NCBI RefSeq assembly: GCF_009914755.1
Contig: NC_060935.1
DNA: 64,000 nt
From: the human T2T-CHM13v2.0 reference genome, Homo sapiens
Strand: one strand, 5' to 3'
The position numbers were made by a program, and so were the translations under genes. Positions 43,755 to 57,041 of the stretch are shown here, piece by piece. Under the pieces are notes generated by a model, which saw only the letters and a list, made by a program, of their open reading frames with translations, was not told the DNA's origin and did not search any database. Position 1 is the first letter of the stretch. Every line of letters starts with the position of its first letter.

Positions 43755-44594
43755 GTAAGGAAGAGTTCTCTGGGACAGGAGGAAGGGCCCAGGGCAGGGT
43801 GGGCACCCTTGCCACATAGGGGACGGGACAGAAGTCTTTTAGGCCCTGACATCCTCTGGTCTCTGAATGACATCCTGTGGCTGCTGGTAGGTGAGGGTTT
43901 GCGGGGCTGAGCTATTGAAGGAAATGATCACAGTCCGAGGTGATAGATACAGAAAGTCTTCCTTTCTCCAGGTGGGCTCCCGCCAGTCCATTCTTCACTG
44001 TGCCCTAGAGGGGCCTTTCCGACCCCCTAATCACACACCTCACTCCTCATCTTGAAACTCCCACCCCCAGCTCCAGTCACTGCGTCCTAACATCCAAGCT
44101 CTCCGCCTGTCATGCAAGGCCTCTGTGCTATTTCTTTCCAAACCCTGCAGCTCTATCGCCTGACACTCCCGATGCCCTCCCCACCCCTGCGCTTTATGTT
44201 CTAGACACACGGAAATGCTGGGCACTCTTCAACATCCTGACAGTATTCATAGGGGAAATTTCGGGTCGCCTAGGAAACTGCCCCTCATCCTCCAAGGCCC
44301 CTTTCAGCCTCCTCTGGGAAGCCTTCCTGAACCCCTTGAGAAAAGTCAGGCTCATCTTTTCCATTGTTAAATCACACCTTGTGCTCCAATTGTGTGTTTC
44401 CATGTAATCTCCCTCACTAGACTGGAAGCTGGGGATGGAAAGGGGAAGCATCAAAAAAACATGCAAAACTAGGAGCTTGGCTTCTCCTTGCAACTTTACT
44501 TTTTCTTTTTTTCTAGGAACTGAGTTCAATGATTCTTAAGAAAAAGTATTTCATGATAAATGAGTGAACAAATGTCTTAATAGAAAAGTAAAAT

Positions 44595-44866
44595 TGCAGG
44601 CGGGGCTGCTTCTGCCCAGCTCTACAGGGGTAGACTACAAGTCCCAGTACGCCTCGGGTCAGCATCTCTTCACGTCACTCCCCCTCCCTGGGGTGGGCAG
44701 GTCCGGAGGGCGGGGCCCGGGGGCAGCTGGGCTCTCAGGCGCTGCCGGAGGAGAGAAATGCCCCAGGCTCTCCGGGGCACACAAAGCGCAGGCGCAGCGG
44801 GTTGGGTGGCAGCAGCATCGAGTAGCGGCCGCTTAGGCAGCAACATCCGCAACAAGTGTAGACAAG
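44595..44866 (+). promoter_or_regulatory. PLEKHB1: Internal GC-rich promoter and non-coding alternative first exon 1b (donor after 44866)
   Basis: ACTACAAGTCCCAG (44634-44647, ZNF143/THAP11-type motif), TCACGTCA (44670-44677, CRE-like), GC box (44708-44715), donor AAG|GTGGGT; would use Met20 in exon 2. Confidence 0.8.
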
Positions 44867-45234
44867 GTGGGTGCATCAAGGGGAGGGGCTGGAAAAGGAG
44901 TCTGCACCTGACCCTCTTGTCTGATCTGTGTCAAGACCGTGGAGAGGGGAGGGAGCGGCAAGAGGAACAGACAAGGCTGGGCCTTCCAGCCCAGGTGTGC
45001 CAGCCTTTGTTACGCAGCAACAGGTGTGAGCAGGTGGGGGAGGGGCGGAGGCACCCGCTGGCAAGTGAGTCGCCCTCAGGAACAGAGGGCACCTACCTGG
45101 ATTCCAGTGCAAGCTACATCATGTACATGGATGAGTCATTTGCTAACCCTCAGTTTGTCCATCTGTAAAACAGGAGTAAAGATTCCCTTCCTAACAGGGT
45201 TAGAGTGGGGACAAGGTGAGGGAGTAGAATGTGC

Positions 45235-45400
45235 GGTGACGTCCAAACTTAGCTGTACATTGGAATCATCTGAGGATCTTTGAAGAGTATCAGGGCTTGC
45301 CTCCTGCCCTCAGACATTCTGATTTAATTGTTACGGAGTGTGGCCTGGTATCGGAAGTTCTCAAAGCTCCTGCCGGCATAACGGTTTGAAGCCAGGACTG
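45235..45400. mobile_element. MER5-type hAT element in intron 1
   Basis: CAAACTTAGCTGTACATTGGAATCATCTGAGGA...ATTCTGATTTAATTG. Confidence 0.6.
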
Positions 45401-46139
45401 CTGGGTGTGAGTCTGGGCTCCATTGCTTACTAATCAAGTGGCCCCGTGCAACTGACTGGACCTTTCCGGCCCCCGTTTCCCCATCTCTGAAATAGGAATA
45501 ATAAGGACTGCAGGGAGGCTTAAATGAGATAATGGATGAAAGCACTGATAGGGGGTACCCGGACAGAGTGCTCGGTCCATCACAGCTGCTGTTGAACTGC
45601 TCTTTGAAGCACTTTGTAAACAGCTCTAGTGGGGTCCAAATAGGAGGGAGCTTTTCCCTCATCCATTGCCGTGATTCTAATATTCTGCACTTCCACATTA
45701 CAGAATCCCAAGGTTTCTAATACTTTAAGAGTCTCATGCTCCACCGACTGAGCTAGTCAGGCATATTCTAATGTTTCAAGAGCTCCTCCCTCCAGCCTCT
45801 GCCTGCCTCACAGACACACTTCTACAGATCTAGAAACTGAGACCAGGACAGAGGGCCAGGGAGGAGGGATATGGCCAAAGTTACCAAGCTGAGGCTGGAA
45901 TCCAGGCTCCTGGTCCCCACCCCCACCCCACACCAATGGCTGCCCTGCTGACCCCACAGTGACAGTGCTCCCATTCTCTTCCTGAGCAGAGAATGGGGAG
46001 GAGGCCGAGGCCGCCTGGCCCTTGTTTACTAACCCTCCCTCAAACGTTTCCTGGGTGGCTCCCCAGGGACGGCAGGGCTGGGGGCTTCTCTCCAGGGAGC
46101 TGCTGCTGAGGCCTGTGTCTCCCGTGGCTCCTCTGACAG

Positions 46140-46215
46140 GTCCCGCCTGACTCCGCTCTGGAAAGTCCTTTTGAAGAAATGGCCCTGGTGAGGGGCGGCT
46201 GGCTGTGGAGACAGA
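46140..46215 (+). CDS. PLEKHB1: PLEKHB1 exon 2 (VPPDSALESPFEEMALVRGGWLWRQ); internal Met20 ATG at 46179
   Basis: Acceptor ctctgacAG and donor GTGAGT; encodes the first PH-domain strand (VRGGWLWRQ). Confidence 0.96.
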
Positions 46216-47047
46216 GTGAGTGATCCTGGGCCCCTGGTCCTGGGGCAGGGTGAAGGAAGTGGCTTACTGGGCTTGCCACGGGGAACACTTCTCTCAAGAA
46301 ACCAGGACCTTTTCATCCTTCCCTTGTTTGTCCATGCTCTTCCCTCTGCCTGAAGGTCCTTCCCATTCCCGACTACATGGTTTAAACTTCTATTTGTTCA
46401 TCACGACCCATCTCAGATGGGCCCCTCTCTGAGGAGCCTTCTCTGGCTTTTCCTCTGGCCCCCACCCCTGCTCCTGCAGTAGCGTCAAGCTGGATTAGAG
46501 GCTCCCTCCTCGGTTTTCACGGCGCCTTACAGTGATCTCCTTAGAACAGAACTGTCTATCTGTGGGTATCCCCACTCCCTGACCCCAGACTGGCCCCAGT
46601 CTGCGAACTCCTCAAGGACAGGGGCTGGGTTTGACCCTCTGTGTGTCCACAGTCCCCCAACCCTGGGCTGGACACAGAACGAGGCACAGAACAAAGTGAA
46701 AAATGCCTTTGTGCTTTGGAATCCACAAAGCCCTAAGAAGCTCTCTTATGTCTTTGCCCTTCCCTGTTAAGATTTCCAGTTGCAAAATGTCAGAAGCTCG
46801 GTCTCGGGCTTCTAGACCCACCTCTGACCAGAGTCATGACCTGAGCAAGAGCTATCCTGGGGACCCCTGGGACAAGCAGCCCCATGCCCCATACCCCTGC
46901 CCATTCTCAGTTCATTTAGTTCAGCAAACACTGAGCCAGGTCTCCCTGGGTGCCAGGACCTGCGTGGGGAGCCATAGCCCCCAGAGTGGTACAGGAGGCA
47001 GATGCTACACAAATAACCATCACACAAGTCAGAGATGAGAGATAAGA

Positions 47048-47358
47048 GGCCGGGCACAGTGGCTCATGCCTGTAATCCCAACACTTTAGGAGGCTGAGTT
47101 GGGAGGATTGCTTGAGCCCAGGAGTTTGATACCAGCCTAGACAACATGGTGAGACCCACTGTCTCCAAGAATACCTACCTGGCTAATTAAAAATTAGCCA
47201 GGTGCAGTGGTGCGTGCCTGATGTTCCAGCTATTTGGGAGGCTGAGATGGGAGGATCACTTGAGCCCAGGAGGTTAAGGCTGCAGTGAGCCATGCCTGTG
47301 CCCCTGCACTCCAGCCTGAGTGACAGAGCAAGACCCTGTCTCAAAGACAGAGAGAGAG
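47048..47358 (+). mobile_element. AluJ-type element in intron 2
   Basis: Alu consensus with a (GA)n tail. Confidence 0.9.
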
Positions 47359-47680
47359 AAGATGCAGGCTTAAGGTAGGGAGAGGTCTTTGCCCTTGAAG
47401 AGACCTGGGGCTTGGCCTTAGAAGCTTCCAAGTAATGGGCCCAGTCACTCATTTCCCTGTTCAGCACGTGTATCGAGCTTCTGCTATGCATCAGACCCAA
47501 TGGGAGGCAGGAGGTGAACAAGACAGAAAGAGGTCCTGCCCTCATTTCAGGGGGTAGACAAGAAAAAGGTGGTTGTAACACTAGGGACTGAGGCTGAGGG
47601 GACTTGGGAGTCTGTCTGGGGCTTCTATTCCCAGCAGGCTCTGGGATCAGCCTGCCTAGTGCATCTGGAATATCGTACAG

Positions 47681-47833
47681 GCTCCATCCTCCGCCGCTGG
47701 AAGCGGAACTGGTTTGCCCTGTGGCTGGACGGGACCCTGGGATACTACCACGATGAGACAGCGCAGGACGAGGAGGACCGTGTGCTCATCCACTTCAATG
47801 TCCGTGACATAAAGATCGGCCCAGAGTGCCATG
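47681..47833 (+). CDS. PLEKHB1: PLEKHB1 exon 3 ([25 protein letters not shown]...IGPECH)
   Basis: PH-domain WKRNWF motif within ORF 47569..47991; AG/GT boundaries; 153 nt, phase 1-1. Confidence 0.97.
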
Positions 47834-48009
47834 GTGAGCAGAAGCCCCTTCCTCTGTGGCACCGTGACTGTGGGCAGAGCCTCCCGCTGTCTCCGAGAAC
47901 ACTTGCTGTTGGAAGTCTTTTTGCAGCTTTCAGAGGCATTTCACAGACATTGCTTCTGAGCCTCTGTCAACTCCAATTCAGTTTGGTGTGAGTTAAGAAA
48001 TAGGTCCTT

Positions 48010-48511
<502 letters not shown>

Positions 48512-48916
48512 TCAGTCCTTTAGTGCCTTTCTCCTCTGTGCTGTCTCAGAGGTGAGCCAGGCACAGTTCCTGCCCTCCAGGCGCTCGGTACTGGATGAAG
48601 ACGAAATGAAATTAGGAGGCCCAGAGAAGCGAAGTGGCCCAGAGTCACAGCAAATCTCCACATTCCTCCACCAAGGCCCAGGCCACAGTTCTAACAGGGT
48701 AACTGGGAGGTGTGCTGAGGGAAGCCTCAGCATGGAAAGGTTGGAAAGGTTGGAAACGTAGAGTGGAATCCCTCAGAGAGTATATGGGATCAGAGGAGGT
48801 TGGCAGTGGCCAGTAAACAGAGCCCAGAGAAGTCAATTCCTATTCCTGTTCCTGCTTTACTGGGGGGACCTGGGGCTTGTGCCTGTGGAAACCCATATAT
48901 GTGTGTCTGCTTCCAG

Positions 48917-49019
48917 ATGTGCAGCCCCCAGAGGGCCGGAGCCGAGATGGCCTGCTGACTGTGAACCTACGGGAAGGCGGCCGCCTGCACCTCTGTGCGG
49001 AGACCAAGGATGATGCCCT
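48917..49019 (+). CDS. PLEKHB1: PLEKHB1 exon 4 (VQPPEGRSRDGLLTVNLREGGRLHLCAETKDDAL)
   Basis: Acceptor ttccAG and donor GTGAGT; 103 nt, keeps the frame. Confidence 0.96.
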
Positions 49020-50103
49020 GTGAGTCACTCCCAGGAGAGGATGGGGTGGAATCTCGGGGAAAGTTACCATGTGCCCCCTTCTCATTGGGCCTTCTGGTTC
49101 TCTGACCGTAGGAAGAGGGCACTAAGGCCAGTCAGCAAGGGAGTCTTATTGGAGGCGGGTGGAGTGGATTTGAAGGGCTTGTGGTGACTGGCATGGCACA
49201 CAGTGAACTCCTCATGTGGTCTACAGTGAACTCAGGATTGCTGAGGGGGAGGTGTGCACACCTGCCTCAGGTATCTGGTTCCTGGTCTTTAGCGGCCTCT
49301 GAGGTGAGCCCTCACCTGAGGGTGATGCAAAGCAGCAGAGCAGCCTAGTGGCACCCTTGCTCCCTTCTTAGAAGATGCCCTGGTGGGGGACTCTGATCTG
49401 AGGGGTAGCCCTGGACCTGCCTACAAAGGCAGTCAGCTGCGTCCCAGGCAGGGGCACCCCAATGTCAGATGCATATCCACGTGGCCAGCCTGGGTGTGTC
49501 CTTCTCAGGCACCATCTGCTGGCTCACATTCCGTCCCTTCCTACCCTCTGGCTAAGGGGTACATGGCCTTTGCGCTGGAGGAGAGTGAAAGAGATGGGTG
49601 TGTGGGAGTGGGGGAAGCTGAGCTCCAGGCAGACAGCACAGAGCCGCCTTGTCCAACCCAGCCAGGTGCCATGGCAACCAACAAAGGCCCCATTGTCCCG
49701 TGTCTGCTGGGCCTTCCTGAGGCTCTGGGGTCAGAGCTTTGGGGAAGTGTTTTGTTTGTAGATTTGGGATGTGGAGGGGGACTGGGCTACAACACCCACC
49801 CAAGAGTGTCAGAATCTGACATCCCCTGAGAGACCACCCAAGCCCAACCGTCCACTGTATAGATGAGGAAACTGGAACTTCTAGAGGGGACGAGAAGAAT
49901 GAATTAGCCTAACTTAGTGCTCCATCCATGTGACTGGGGCAGGGGAGGGGTCACTTTTGTCTTCCTGAGGGAGACAAGAGATCTCTCCTTTCATGAGAGA
50001 CTTGGGCTTGAGGCTGGGTTGGAGAGGAAAGTCTAAAATGTGGGGGCCCAATTCACCCACCCCCAAACTCCCTCCTCATGGTCTGGTGGGATTTGCTTTG
50101 CAG

Positions 50104-50143
50104 AGCATGGAAGACAGCACTGCTGGAGGCAAACTCCACCCCG
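50104..50143 (+). CDS. PLEKHB1: PLEKHB1 exon 5 (AWKTALLEANSTP)
   Basis: Acceptor tttgcAG and donor GTGAGT; supplies the conserved Trp of the PH C-terminal helix. Confidence 0.95.
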
Positions 50144-50399
50144 GTGAGTCTCCCGTTCTCTCCCCCTTTCCCCACCACCTCCATGTGCCATGGAATCATG
50201 AGTGACTCAGACTCGGTCTCCACCTGCCAGAAGTTCTCAGTCTTATGTGGATAGGTTTCTGCAAACTCTGATGCCTGAGTCCCAAGTGTTCGGGGAAAGG
50301 ATAAGGGAGAGCCAACTGGTGCTCAGAGGAGAGAGAGAAGCCTCCATGGAGATTTGCTGGAGGGAGTGGCACATGAGCTGGGGAGAAGGAACTGTCTTT

Positions 50400-52140
50400 T
50401 ATCGAGCAACTATTATGTGCCAGGTGTGGTGCAGGTATCATTCCAGCTGCTGCTCACAACAGTCCTGTGAAGTTGGGGTTATTGTTCTCTCTCTGCAGAT
50501 GATAAGACTGAAGCTCATTCATCCGCACAACAAATATTTACTGAGCTGCTACTATGGGCCAGGTGGTGTGCCAAGTGCCAGGGATCAGAGGTGAACCAAG
50601 GAGATATGGGCTCTGCCCACCTGGACTCAGCCTAATGAGAAGCCAGACATGGAACAACTAATTAATTATTCCATTTCAATAGTAATAACAGCTCTGACAG
50701 AGATTTGCAGTGACTGGCCCTTTCATCCAGGTGGTAGTTCAGGCAAGGCTTAAACCAAGGACTGAAGGATAAACAGAAATTGACTGGGTGAAAGGTGTGG
50801 GGATGGGGTAAAGGGCGCAGCATTCCAGGCAGAAGGATCAGCATGTGCAAAGGCTCTGAGAGAGGTTAAGACATTTGGCAAGTTGAGGAACAGAAGGACA
50901 GCTGGGGTGGCTGGTGCTTAGGGAGTGAGTAGGTAAGGAGGGAAGGAGGGTTGGCACGACCAGGTCTTGTGGGCTGTATGAAGGATGTTGGTTTCTGCTA
51001 AGAGCACCAGGGAGCCATGACAAGTTTTTGAACAGAGGGATGGCATGATCAGATCAGGTTCAATTTATATTTTTAAAAAGATAATTGTTGTAACGTTGGG
51101 GCATGTAAAAAAAAGGGGGTAGTCTGTCAGTTTATGAAATTTTGTTGTAGAAAAAAGGAAAAAAAAAAAGATAGTCTGGCTGGTAGGTAGGGAATGGATT
51201 ATAGAGGGTAACTGCAGACACCCAGAGGCCACTTAGGAGGCTGGGACAGTGTCCGGGCAACAGACTGGAGATCTGGATTAAGGCCTTGTTGGCCGAGACA
51301 GGCTGATGAGTACAGGACATATTTAGGAGATGGAGTCAACAGAGCTTGTGACTGATGGAAGTGGCGGTTTGAAGAGCCGCCCAAAGCCCAGCTTGGCCTC
51401 CACCCCCATCTGCCTGACTCCAGAATCTGTGCTTGCTCTTTCTCTGTATGGCACAATGGAGCCCCCTCTCACCTATAGAGAAAGTCCGTTGGGAAGTAGC
51501 AGGGGAGACCTGGATGCATTTAGAAACCTCCTCAGGCATCCACGTCCTGAGTGCCAGGCATCATGCTAAGCCCCTGGCAGCAGTGACATCATTTCATCTT
51601 CCAACAACCCTGGCAGGGCAGCTGGGTGGGGGTTGGTATTATTAGTCCCATTTTACAGATAAGGAAGCCGAGGTTCAGAGAGGGGAGGTGACTTGTCCAA
51701 AGCTTATACTCTTAAGTCAGTGGAAAAGCCTACCATGGAACCTAGGTCAGTGAGATTTTGAGAGGAGGGCGTTATCTGTAGAAGTAGCTGCATGAGCAGA
51801 GACAGAGAAGTGATGTGTGCACATGTGTGTGTGCACAAGTGCTTATGCACATATGCATGCGTCTAAGGGCCCAGAGTCTGCCTGGCTGGAGAGCAATTCA
51901 TGAGGCGAATGAAACAGGAGAGATGACCTCTGAGGTCATCGGGGCCAGCTCATGATGGGCCTCAAAGTCCAGTTGGAAGAAATGGACTTTCCCTGAGGCC
52001 TGTAGGGAGCAATAAAGGGCATTCAGCAGCGAGGGCTGTGGTCAGATTTTGGGGAGCAGACTCAGGCTTCCAAGTGGCGGGTGAATTGGAGAAAGCTGGG
52101 AGTAAGGAGGCTACAGCAGTAGTCTGCAGGGTGGAGGGAC
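50400..52140. mobile_element. L2 and MIR remnants in PLEKHB1 intron 5
   Basis: CAACAAATATTTACTGAGC, ATTCCAGGCAGAAGG..CAGCATGTGCAAAGGC (L2); CCCATTTTACAGATAAGGAAGCCGAGG (MIR core). Confidence 0.7.
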
Positions 52141-52931
52141 CCAGGTCAGGCTACCCTGGCTCTGAGCTCCAAAGCCTCTTTATGTGGGGCAAGTCAGTTC
52201 CACCAAAGAGAGGCGGAGGGAAGGAGGCAAGGGTGACTGTCTTCACTCTGTGACTCTATGAAGCGGCCTCGTCCTTCTCTGCCTGTCCATCTCCTGTGGC
52301 TCTGCTGACCCTTCTCTCTGCCCTGGCCTCTATTCTACCTCCCACTACTCCACATATACACGTCCTTCTGTGCCCGGGCTTACTAGAGTCGGGGTGTATT
52401 TGTGCCTGTGTCTACCTATCTTTGTGTGTTCACCTCTGTTTATGGGCTTCTCTCTGTAGCCTGTGTGGGAATGACCTGCCCTTTGTCCTCCGACATGCTG
52501 GAGTTCATACCTCACTCCAGGTGGAGGCTCCAGGAGCCCCTAACACCAGCTTTACTGGGAACACAGGGCCTGGGGGCACAGCTAGGGACGAGGCTGGGGT
52601 GAAGCGGACCAGGTGGGCTAGAGGACAGATGGGAGTCGCCCTGTCCTCCCTGGAGACTGGGAACCCCAGCAGGATGAAATAGGGGAGGGTGGGCTAATTC
52701 TGGAAAGAGACTACTTGTCCTTCTTTTCTGCGTAACTTTGGCAGTCATCAGCATTCTCTGAGCCTCCCCCGTTACCATGAACTGAGGAGAAAGAGGATGC
52801 TCCCTGCCACAGCCCAGCTGGCGGAGGGCTCTGGTAGGGTCTGGAAAGAGCTCTTGAGTCTCTTTAGGTGTAGAGGGCCTCTGACACCCCCTCCCTCCCT
52901 CCTCCTTCTTGGGTTTCTGTGGCTTGAGCAG

Positions 52932-53036
52932 GCCCCAGCTGGAGCCACCGTCCCTCCCAGGAGCCGCCGGGTTTGCTCCAAGGTCAGGTGTGTGACCCGC
53001 TCGTGGAGCCCCTGTAAGGTTGAGAGGCGGATCTGG
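52932..53036 (+). CDS. PLEKHB1: PLEKHB1 cassette exon 6 (APAGATVPPRSRRVCSKVRCVTRSWSPCKVERRIW, 35 aa)
   Basis: 105 nt, phase 0-0, acceptor gagcAG and donor GTAAGT; skipping it keeps the frame (243 vs 208 aa). Confidence 0.92.
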
Positions 53037-53999
53037 GTAAGTGCTGGCTCGGCCCTCCCTGCCTCCATACTGGCCACCAGGATGAGCCTCCAAAACCAGG
53101 CCCAGTCCATCCCTTCCCTGTGACAAACATTCCATGGCTCCCTATCACCCACAGGACACAAACCAGCTGCTCTGCTGTACCCTCTGTCCCCAGCCACACC
53201 AGACCTTTTCCCTCTGCCAGCCTTCGCACATGCTGTTCCCTCTGCTGACAAGACCTCAGTTTCCTCATTCACCTGACAAACTGATGCTCATCCTGTAAGG
53301 CCCACCTCAAAGGCTGCCTGCCACCTACTAAGTGGGGACTTCCTAGACCACTAGGCATCGTCATTCCCTCCCTCAGCCTAGCGGCACCAAGGCTTAGTGC
53401 TTTCTTCATTCTGCCTGGTTTCAGAGCTGGTTTATTCCTGTCTGTGTAGTCTTCCATGAGGCCTAGAACTTCCTCCAAGGCAAGAATGAGGCCTGATTGC
53501 GCTGCCTCTATGGAACTTGGCACAAGGCTAGGTAAATGGCACATGCTCAATTAGTGCTCGATGATGGGGAGTCTATGCTGACCTTTCTTACACAGTGGGG
53601 CTCAGGGAATGTTCACTGAGTGAGCAAAGGAAGGAAGGAGGGAGTGAAAAACTTCCTTTATAGCAATACTACTACATAGTCTAATTTAGTCTAGGTCTGT
53701 CTCCCCTCACCCTCAATGTTTCTTGAAGGCAGGATCTGGCCTGAATCTTTTCTCTGTCCCCAGAACTCAGCACAGGGCCTGGCATGGGGTGGGTGGCAGG
53801 AGGGGGCTTGAGCGAGAGTACCTGTGATCTTATAGTCAACTCTGAGCTCATCTTACACAGTGGTGCTCAGTGTGGCTATGTATCAGGATTGTTTAGGAAC
53901 TTACAAGCACTAATAACAAGTATTCATGTTCCACCTCTGGATGTTTTAATCTGGCATGGGGCCTAGGCCTAGGAAACCTGTAGTTTAAACCTGTCTCCT

Positions 54000-54282
54000 G
54001 GCCAGGCCTGGTGGCTGACACCTATAATCCCAGAACTTTGGGAGGCTGAGGCGGGCAGGTTGCAAGGTCAGGAGTTCAAGACCTGCCTAGCCAACATGGT
54101 GAAACCCCATCTCTACTAAAAGTACAAAAATTAGCAAGACATGGTGTAATCTCAGATACTCAGGAGGCTGAGGCAGGAGAATGGCTTGAACTCAGGAGGC
54201 GGACATGGTTGCAGTGAACCAAGATCACCCCACTGCACTCCAGCCTGGGCAACAGAGTAAGACTCCATCTCAAAAAAAAAAA
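54000..54282 (+). mobile_element. AluS-type element in intron 6
   Basis: Alu consensus; TSD-like TGTCTCCT. Confidence 0.9.
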
Positions 54283-55680
54283 TTGTCTCCTGATGACTCT
54301 GATGTGCAGAATCACTAAGCCTAGAAGTGCCTGGGCCACCAAATTGTATAGATGTGGCACTGTTAGATCCTCAGTGGCTTGGAGAGGTTACCTAACTTGA
54401 TCAGGGTCACTCAACTCATCAATGGCAGGTCTGGGACTCCCAGCCCATCGTTCTGAGGTATTTTCCATGCCCAAACTAGGATGCAAGTTTGTTTAAAGTG
54501 GGGATGTCAAAAACTAGGATTTAACAGACTGTAAACCTAATAACACAACAGCTCAGCTAAGGGGAGTCATTTGCATGTGACCCCCTGATTGGTCAACACT
54601 GGTTGTACCCACAAAGTAGCTGGGCCTCTGGAGAGGGAGAGGCAGGTTCAAACCCTCAGGTTCTGCCCATGGGTCTCTGGGCTGTCCCTATTTGTTGCCA
54701 GGTGACTTATAGGAGTTTACTTCTGGGCCTCCCAGACGTGGAGAGTAAAAACAGGTGCCCTCGAGGGATATGGGGTGCTCCACCCTCTCCAGGGCCTCCC
54801 AAGGCCACTGGCTCACTGTGTAGCAGCAGGGCAAGGTGGAGGCTGTGGACCTCAACTTCCCCACCAATAAAATTGGACCTGAGAGCTTAGATCCCTCCAA
54901 CCCCTTTTGGGCCTGGAGCCTGGATCTTGGCACTGCCTACCAGAAATCCCTATTGGATTACTGATGGGGAGGGAGCACCGTAGAGTTCACTGACTTACGA
55001 CATTGCTTGTCTGAGCCTCTTGCATTGTCTTGGGACTATATGTTTTCCCTGACTTGAAACTGAACTCAGAGTTGGGCAACCTTAGTTCCAGTCTGGCCCT
55101 GTATTTGATTCACTGGAATGAATTCAATAAACATTTATTAGGTACCTGCCATGTTCCAGTCAGATCTGATTAGACCCAGTCTCTGCCCTCAAAGGCATCT
55201 CCAAGTCTGATGGGAGAGACACAGGGAAACAACGTGAAGACAGCATGATCGGTGCTGTGATGCAGGGACATCCAAGGGCTGTGAGTGTCCAGATGGGACC
55301 CCAACAGAACCTGAGGTTCAGGGAGAGTGATGCTTGAGTTGAGTCTGAAAGACAGGTTGAATGAGGTGAGAAGCATATCCCTAGCAAAGGAAAATGGCAT
55401 GGAGATTTGAAATCACAAGGTGTGCTTGGAGACCTTCCCCTTACCACCAAACTTCTTGAAAGAGATGTCATGACATGGGGATTGCATCCTTCACCTCTCA
55501 GCCTTTCTTCAACCCTCCATAGCTTGGCTTTTCCTACTCAGCAACTCCTCTGAAAAGTTTTTTCAAGGTCACTCACAACTTCCAAGTTGCTAAAACCAGT
55601 GGCCTATTATCTTGGAATTGGCCAAAAGAATGGGCAGAAGAACACATTTAGAAGATAAAATCACGAGACCTGGTGGCTGA

Positions 55681-56045
<365 letters not shown>

Positions 56046-56097
56046 TTTCTTGATTTGAGTGCATGGTGATGGCATGTACTGAGAGAAGCATTTATGG

Positions 56098-56373
<276 letters not shown>

Positions 56374-57041
56374 TTATGGGAAAAGCAACAGTTTTAGCAG
56401 ATGGAGAAATGTTGCAATCATCTTGAGATGAGTGGAGTTTGAGACACCTGGACTTCTAAGGGGAGCTGGACTGTTCAGGTGTGAATCCCAGTTAGAGAGA
56501 GATACAGGGTGGAATGGGGCTAAGAGGAAAGATCCAGAAGAGAAGGGGATCCTGAGCCCTCTCCAGGTCTGCTCCCCCATGGGTAAAATGAGGGGTTTGG
56601 AGTTTCCATTTAATTCAGCACATAGTTCTTGGTTCCTGGTATGCACTTGGCCCTGCTGGTGACACAAACAAATCAGAGTCCTTGTCTACAAGCAGCTCAC
56701 ATTTGGGCTGCAAGAAAGGCCAGGAGAAAGGATAGCAACAAGAGGCACAAGCAAGATCCACAGAATTCAGGGAAAAAAAAATTCTTCCTGAGACCAGGAG
56801 AGCTTCCTGGAGTGGAGTGGGTGACCGTTGAGCTAGGCTTTGAAGGGTTGGCAGAAATCTAATGGGAGAGAGGGGAGGGCAGGGAATGCATTCCAGAGAG
56901 AACACTGACCATTCTCTGAGCCTCAGTCCCCAACCCTATGGTCATGTGGAGCTAATACCTGCTTTAAGGATTAGAGGTGGTGTAACACACGTGATCACTT
57001 CCTTCAGGACCTGGTACATAGTAGGTGCTCAATAATCGTTA

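Noticed and set aside
43288-43815. 175-aa antisense ORF over exon 1a
   Set aside because: Expected by chance in GC-rich promoter DNA; no domain or splice support
51922-51940. GATGACCT-ctg-AGGTCATC palindrome (everted nuclear-receptor half-sites)
   Set aside because: Short, lies within L2/MIR-like remnants and has an atypical spacing; no further support
52926-52931. GAGCAG tandem (NAGNAG) acceptor at exon 6
   Set aside because: GAG is a very poor acceptor, so a +Gln isoform is unlikely
52512-53272. 207-aa and 166-aa antisense ORFs over exon 6
   Set aside because: GC-rich and partly L2/MIR-derived, with no recognisable domain
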